A DNA stretch of 64,000 nucleotides from Eledone cirrhosa (lineage: Eukaryota), in NCBI GenBank assembly GCA_964016885.1, contig CAXHJY010001629.1:53362-117361 (forward strand). Reading direction: 5' to 3'. How positions within the stretch are numbered: position 1 is the stretch's first letter; every line of letters begins with the position of its first letter. Under the pieces are notes generated by a model. It was given only the letters and a program-made list of their open reading frames with translations. It was not told the origin of the DNA and did not search any database. This document shows, one piece after another, positions 55,955 to 64,000 of the stretch. The position numbers and the translations under genes were made by a program.

Positions 55955-56908
55955 GGCTGACGCTGCCCTCTTACAGCAGGATCTGGATGCCATATACAGA
56001 TGGGCGGAAGAAAACAACATGCAGTTTAATGCTGGCAAATTCCAAGCCCTACAATACAAACCTGCAAACACAAACACAAATATAGCGGAACACAGCTACA
56101 CAGGACCAGGAGGGACCGATATCCCCGTGTCAAAATCGATACGAGACCTGGGCATAGACATGAGCGATGATGCATCTTTTTCTTCACACATCATGATGGT
56201 GGCGACAGCATGTAGACGATTCGCTGGCTGGATCTTGAGGACTTTCCTTACAAGAGATCGAGACACCATGTTGACACTGTGGAGGACCTTTGTCCTAAGC
56301 CGCCTGGACTACTGCTCCCAGCTGTGGTCACCCCATAGTGTCAAACTAACCACGGAGCTTGAGGCAATCCAGCGAAGCTACACCAAGAGGATTGCCAAGA
56401 TGAGGGAGACAAGCTACTGGGAGAGGCTGAAGGAACTGAACCTCTACTCCTTGGAGCGAAGACGGGAGAGATACGCAGTGATCTACATGTGGAAAATCCT
56501 GGAGGGACTAGCACCAAACTTTGGCATTGGGAGCTGGACCAACCGTCGAACAGGACGTCACTGTGTGGTGCCAAAGGTCCCGTCTTCCACATCTAGAATA
56601 AGGAGCAGGTATTGCAATAGCCTGGGATTCAAGGGCCCTCAACTCTTCAACAGGCTGCCGAGGCATCTGCGAGACTTGCGCATGACGTGGAGGTGGATGT
56701 CTTTAAGAAACATCTCGACACCTTGTTATCCAGGATCCCGGATGAGCCCACAGCAAGACACGAGGGAAACCTAAGGGCAGCAGCAACAAACTCCCTCCTA
56801 CACCAGTGGCCAACCTATACAGGCTGGAGATAAAATGTGTAGCAACAAGGGCGGTGCCCCAGCATGGCCTCAGCCGGATGGCTGAAACAGGTAAAAGAGT
56901 AAAAGAGT
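55949..56908 (+). mobile_element. CR1-group LINE 3' fragment (sister of 47243-49090) inside (TA)n
   Basis: [36 protein letters not shown]; tail ggtaaaagagtaaaagagt. Confidence 0.92.
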
Positions 56909-56923
56909 ATATATATATATATA

Positions 56924-57166
<243 letters not shown>

Positions 57167-57288
57167 TCTATATATATGTGTGTGTATGTACGCACACACA
57201 CACACACACACACACACTTATCTTAATAGCCATTTGACACACATCGCTGCTGGCTATTGTCGCAGCATCGAACACCTTACTACTACTA

Positions 57289-57376
<88 letters not shown>

Positions 57377-57417
57377 ACACACACACACATATTTGTTGTG
57401 AAAGAGTCATTTCTCAA

Positions 57418-57652
57418 TCTTGGCGCAAAACCAATTTTTTATCCACATGACCTCTACCGACCAATCAAAATTGTTTTGACCAATAATTTTTGCTGGAGCC
57501 ACTTTTCTAACATTTTAACATAAAAACAGTCTTGGCGCAAAATCAACTTTTTACATTCACATGACCTCTACCGACCAATCAAAATTGTTTTGACCACAAG
57601 CATTTTTGCAACACAAAATAACGCTGGAGCCATTTTTTTAACATAAAAACAG
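57418..57652 (+). repeat. About 115-bp tandem duplication
   Basis: tcttggcgcaaaa..catgacctctaccgaccaatcaaaattgttttgacca..aacataaaaacag occurs twice. Confidence 0.85.
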
Positions 57653-57893
57653 GTAGAATTCCCAAAACTAATCAGATCAGAGCAAACAGCACGGACACTC
57701 TATCTCAAAATTATTTTGAAAAGCATTTAGAATGCGCAACCGGTAAAAACTTAAAAACTTAAAACCACAACTGAATACTAACCCATACAATCACTAATAC
57801 TCTTTTATTCTAATTAAACCATTTTTCAACTGTGAACAATTTGTCAGCATTTTCTATTCCGTTTACCAATATATATATATATATATATATATA

Positions 57894-57954
<61 letters not shown>

Positions 57955-58024
57955 CTATATATATATATATATATATATTATGCATATATATATATATATA
58001 TATGCATATATATATATATATATA

Positions 58025-58106
<82 letters not shown>

Positions 58107-58217
58107 TATATATATATATATATGCTTATATATATATTTCGTTTCTGAATTTGTTTAGCAAGATTCTTTATTTGGCAACATGACCCTCCCAAAGTATAAC
58201 TTATATATATATATATA

Positions 58218-58277
<60 letters not shown>

Positions 58278-58433
58278 GTATATCTGTTAGAACACGAAAA
58301 GTGTGAAACAACAGAATGTTCACTTTTCGTGTTCTAACATATATGCCTAACTTCTTCATAAATTTTTCGGGGATAGCCGTGGTGGTGGTGATCGTATGTC
58401 ATTGGCTAATTTTCAACCAATCAGAGTAAGTGT

Positions 58434-58467
<34 letters not shown>

Positions 58468-59809
58468 TATTCCCCCTCTCTCTATATATATCTTACGCTT
58501 TCGCTTTACACTCCTTCCCTTCAATAACACATTTCCCCCCCTCTCTATATATCTCTTCCACTGTTACTTACGCCTGTTTCTCTCTATCTGTTCCGTCTCT
58601 ATATATATCTCTCTACTCTTCCGCTTTGCACTCCTCCCCTTCAATACCATCTCTCCCCCTCTCTATATATTTGTTACTCTATCGCTGCACGCTCCTCTCC
58701 TTCAATATATCAATTACACACGCTTTACACTCCTTTATCCCCAGCGCCCCTTATATATACCCCCCCCCCCCCCTCCCGCATCTATATTTTAATGTTCCGT
58801 TGCACCGTGAATATATGTGTCTATATATATATACATATATATTGTATATACACATTCATGTATGTGTATACACCACTCATGTATGTATATACACTGGTTT
58901 TATGTGTGTATTGTAAATTTGTACTGTTAAAACACGAAACTAACATTCGATTAGACACTTTGATTACCTGTACAGGCAATAGTTATTAGAATGCTGTTGA
59001 AGTGTGTATATATTTTTGGGGACATCCTGTATATACACACATTATATATAATACAATAAACAGATAAATACACACATATATATATGAGCTTATTTAATTA
59101 TAAATATTGTGAATTTTTAACTCAGTTCAATTATATATATAAATGGCTTCTACAGGACTAGAACTGTTTCATTCGAAAGAAATCATCATAATATTGAGAG
59201 GGGGACTAGATAAAATATTTCAAATCAAATGTGTATAAGTTATAAGTTAAAATGTATAAATAGAGACGATAGTGGAGGTATATCTGTTTAGTGGAACAGT
59301 AGACGATAGAATTAAATACAGACGAGAATCTCCCTTTAATGAAACAGCAGACGATAGAATTAAGGCAATTTAAATTTTAAGCATTTGCATTTTTGCCTTT
59401 CATCGTTACGGGGTCGATAAAATAAAGTACCAGTAATACACTGTCACTATAAGTAGACGACTTTCAAATTGAATTGTTGGTTCCATTTCTTTAGTATTTT
59501 CAATTGTAGTTATCTACTTAAAAAGCGTTACACGGTTAGAGACATAATTGGTAAGTTATATCTTCCCTATTAAACCATTGCATTATTTCGCCTACAATAG
59601 AACAAAAATGAAATGTTCTTTAAAGAAACAGGAATATAACTTTATAAAAAAAAAAGTTGCATCCGCTTCTTTTATCATTGATAATTCTTTCGTTTTAATA
59701 TTAATTGTTTTTTGTAGTTGTTTATATTAAAAATCTTACTGTAATATTTACTTAAACGAAGGCAGACATCTAAACTTATAGATTAATCTTGAGCGAAGGA
59801 CTAGATAAA

Positions 59810-59847
<38 letters not shown>

Positions 59848-60334
59848 GAGAAAGCAGCTTACCGGATGCGGAATCGGGAGAAGTTGAGACAAAAACAGGC
59901 CGATTATAGAGCTGTGAATTTTGCTAAATTAACACAAAAACAGGCCAAGTACTAGATGTTCAAAACGGTATGAGTTGGCAAACAAGCAGGCCCAAGTATA
60001 GATCTGCAAATTCAGCTATTATATCTCAAAAGCAAGCCGAGCGTAGAGCTTCTAAACGTACCGAGTTGGCTAAAGAGCAGACCAAGTACAGATCTGCAAA
60101 TATCTTATTGCACAAACAATAATTCTGCACAAATGTTGCTCCATTATTAGATCTAATGTTGCAACGATACAGTTAAATGTTGTCTGTGTATTTTAAAAAA
60201 GATTTGCTTATAATCTTTTCAAATTTCATTACGCCAATGATTCAAGCTCAAATTGACATTATCTAAAAAATTGTACAAACAGCGGTGGATTAGCAGTAGT
60301 GAACAGATAAATCAGTCAATTTATTAAGATTGAC

Positions 60335-60987
60335 TTGGCATCAATCAGCAAGACCTTCATTAGCTGCTCTCCAGCCATCTATTTAAAGCTGTATACATCT
60401 ATGGTACGAATACACTTGGAGTTCGCGTCATCAGTCTGGAACCCCTATCTTGCTCAGAACATTGACCTCCTGGAAACTGTTCAGAGACATGCAACCAAGC
60501 GCATACCCTCCATCAGACACCTACCATACCCTGAATATTTTGCTTCCCTCTGGCAATGGACTTGGTAAACACCCACAAAGTTATTAACCATCCGACCAAC
60601 AACAACCCCGAACATCTTTTTGATCTCCATGTGTCTAACACGTGGACATGCCTACAAAGTCAGAAAACAACACAGCTCCCATGACTTTAGGAAATATTTC
60701 TTCATGCTCAGAGTTGCTGAAGGATGGAACAAACTTCCTGCATCAGTTGTTAGCTGATGACACACTGCATCCTTTAAAACCATCATACATTCCGAAATAC
60801 ACCAAAACTACACCTGATGTCCCCCTTCCATACACATGCACATATGTGTATATCATGACTCATGCACTGTTCTTTTTTCATGACGTTTTTATATTACCCT
60901 ATGTATTATATATGCACTTTTGATGAGTTGTAGTGCACCTCAGCATTGTACACAATATTTTCATTATTATTATCATTATTATTATTA
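60335..60987 (+). mobile_element. CR1/L2-type LINE 3' fragment (sister of 1531-2445)
   Basis: HLEFASSVWNPY..LETVQRHATKRIP; same 3' UTR and (ATT)n tail. Confidence 0.88.
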
Positions 60988-61454
60988 CACTCATTGATCC
61001 ATTTTGCACTAACTCTGCATCAAGCACCTTCACCTAAATATTAACCAATCAAGGATCCAATACAGCTATCTGTTGGATGAGTATTGTATAGTGCCAAAAA
61101 CGAAACCAATCAGTTTACCAGAAAGTTTCCAGACAGGAAACACGCATATTTTGCTATCCTCAAACACGTTTACACATGGCATGAAATATAACTAATCCGG
61201 GATGGCTAGGTTTCATCTTCTAACTGGATATACGAAATCCATTATGTCTTGACAACAACATGAGGTAACATTATGTTATTCACAGACACACTTTGTACAC
61301 TGTTCCATATCAGAATGTATTTCCTTCGTCACATTCACAAACAGTATTGAAAATATGTTCTTCGGCAAATAAAAATGTTTTGTTCATAATATTTCAACTA
61401 GCGATTGCTCTACTCCACGCACGACCACCATAAATTAATGACCAGCTCAACACA

Positions 61455-61622
61455 AGTATTGGTAGAGCGTCAGACACCATGCTTTGCAGTATTGTTATGG
61501 TCCTTTGCACTCTAAGTTCAAATCCTGCCGAGGTTAACTTCGACTTTCATACTTACTAATTCGATAAAATAAAGTACCAGTAATGGACTGCCGTAATGGA
61601 TTTGTGCCGAAAAATAGAAACA
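61455..61622 (+). mobile_element. Diverged SINE copy (another fragment at 59391-59443)
   Basis: gttcaaatcc B box and gataaaataaagtaccag core. Confidence 0.8.
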
Positions 61623-62174
61623 CTATTAATGTGCAATAAGAGCAAAATATAACGACATTGCTCAATTATTTTATCTAATGTTGTAATAACACAAGGAAAT
61701 GTTGTTTGTGTATTTTTTTTTTATATTTGCTCATAGGCTTTTACAATTTCGCTCAGCCAACAACTATTAAAAAGTGAGTTGCTTAAGATAACAATTTAAT
61801 CACAAATTGTTGCTATCTTTTAATACACTCCAACAAGTCATCAAATTATGTACAATAAAAACATCTTATTAATTTGCTCAGGGAATATAAAGAAAATGTA
61901 TATACACTGATAATTGCAATTGTATGTAAATATTTTGTTTTTGTATTGTTTATTTTATGTTTTCTATTATGTATATTGATTTAATATTGATTGTTTTTTG
62001 TAGTTGTTTATATTAAAAGTCTGAAAATATTTTTATACATCTTACACTAATATTTATAAGATAATTTATAATAACAATTACATAATCTAATTACATTACA
62101 ACGATAATTTATTATTAATATATATCCTGTTTAACTAGAGTTATTACAAGCGTTGCCTTAAAAAAATATTAAAC

Positions 62175-63121
62175 TAGACATGAAAAATGCGCAAGCTCAA
62201 AAGTGCCACAGAATGTTATAATAAACCTTCAAAAGTGTGGGACTAGAGTTGTTGCTAAAAAATATTGTAATCATTATATATCGTACATTCTGTGGCATCC
62301 TTTATAAAAATAGCTTAAACCAACGAAGCCTTTATTTTTACGCTATTTCACTTAGTTAATTCTTAGAGTGTAACATATAAAAATAAATACATCTATGTTT
62401 AATGTAATAACAGCTATAAATAATTACGTAATATTATTATCATATACTCATAGTAACAAAATAATTGTGTTGAAAATTAATATGATGCTTATATGAACGA
62501 TCAAATCTATAATGATAATTTCTTAAATATACTAATAGTAAAATAATTTAGTTATCTATTGTTACATTTTCATAGAACTATAATATTAACAATCGTATTG
62601 CATTATCAAATTTTTATCACTACAAACTTTCATATTGGAATTACCTTAAGCCACTTATTATTACTTCGCTTTCGTACTTTTACAGCTGTAGATATTGCGC
62701 TGTATCTTATATCTAATATCAATATCTCATGGTAATTTGCATGCAGTGTAAAATAGGTTTATTAATAACTTTAATATGAAATGTATTATACAGGGCTGCG
62801 GAGTCGGCCAAAAATTGACTGGCTCCAACTCAGGATCCGATACTCCATTATTTCCTAAATTTCAGCTCCGCAGCTCTGTTATTATATTAATTAATTTACT
62901 TTATAGTTGTAAATCATATTTTTATATGTTACACTCTAAGAATTAACTAAGTGAAATAGCGTAAAAATAAAGGCTTCGTTGGTTTAAGCTATTTTTATAA
63001 AGGATGCCACAGAATGTACGATATATAATGATTACAATATTTTTTAGCAACAACTCTAGTCCCACACTTTTGAAGGTTTATTATAACATTCTGTGGCACT
63101 TTTGAGCTTGCGCATTTTTCA

Positions 63122-63127
<6 letters not shown>
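62175..63127. repeat. 211-bp apparently perfect inverted repeat with 531-bp spacer
   Basis: 62175-62385 is the reverse complement of 62917-63127. Confidence 0.93.
62791..62878. mobile_element. hAT-like MITE, 88 bp
   Basis: TIR cagggctgcggag / ctccgcagctctg; 8-bp flanks gtattata and ttattata. Confidence 0.7.
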
Positions 63128-63796
<669 letters not shown>

Positions 63797-63799
63797 AAA

Positions 63800-64000
63800 A
63801 TATTAAAAAAATAATAATGAATAAAACAATGAAACAGTTCCTTATATTAAACAAAAAAAGTTCATTATTTAACGATCGTTTCTAGGATATATATGTGTTA
63901 GAATTGGCATGCATATTCAACAGATCTATGTACAAAATTATACAAAATTATACAAACTATCAAAATTAAATATACATACCAACACATATATATGCCGTCT
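63800..64000 (-). mobile_element. PLE pLTR end (third copy of the 22208/27720 terminus)
   Basis: Near-identical to 22204-22400. Confidence 0.9.

Noticed and set aside
58285-59031. Tc1/mariner element (hairpin 58285-58339 and ggacatcctgTA end at 59031)
   Set aside because: Only one plausible terminus and no transposase sequence; too weak to call.

Overview
AT-rich, microsatellite-laden eukaryotic DNA. I could not support any intact host gene. The repeat set (Nin/Deu-core tRNA-SINEs, RTE/CR1 LINEs, very long (TA)n arrays) resembles an octopod cephalopod genome; this is inference, not checked. The window is a nested graveyard of mobile elements: RTE LINEs with a PHD finger inside the RT, CR1-like LINEs, R4/NeSL-like and CRE-like RLE elements, Helitrons, piggyBac/hAT/mariner-type MITEs, about 13 SINE copies and many Penelope-like element (PLE) fragments. 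One PLE (29875-35440) is near full length but decayed. Two signals stand out by eye. (1) More than a dozen minimal type I hammerhead ribozyme (HHR) motifs from several unrelated PLE terminal-repeat families, one family with a ~115-nt stem II. (2) A very high density of inverted repeats, three of which pair an HHR with its own antisense copy. Most long ORFs in the supplied track are microsatellite or antisense artefacts. All coordinates were read by eye and may be off by a few bases.
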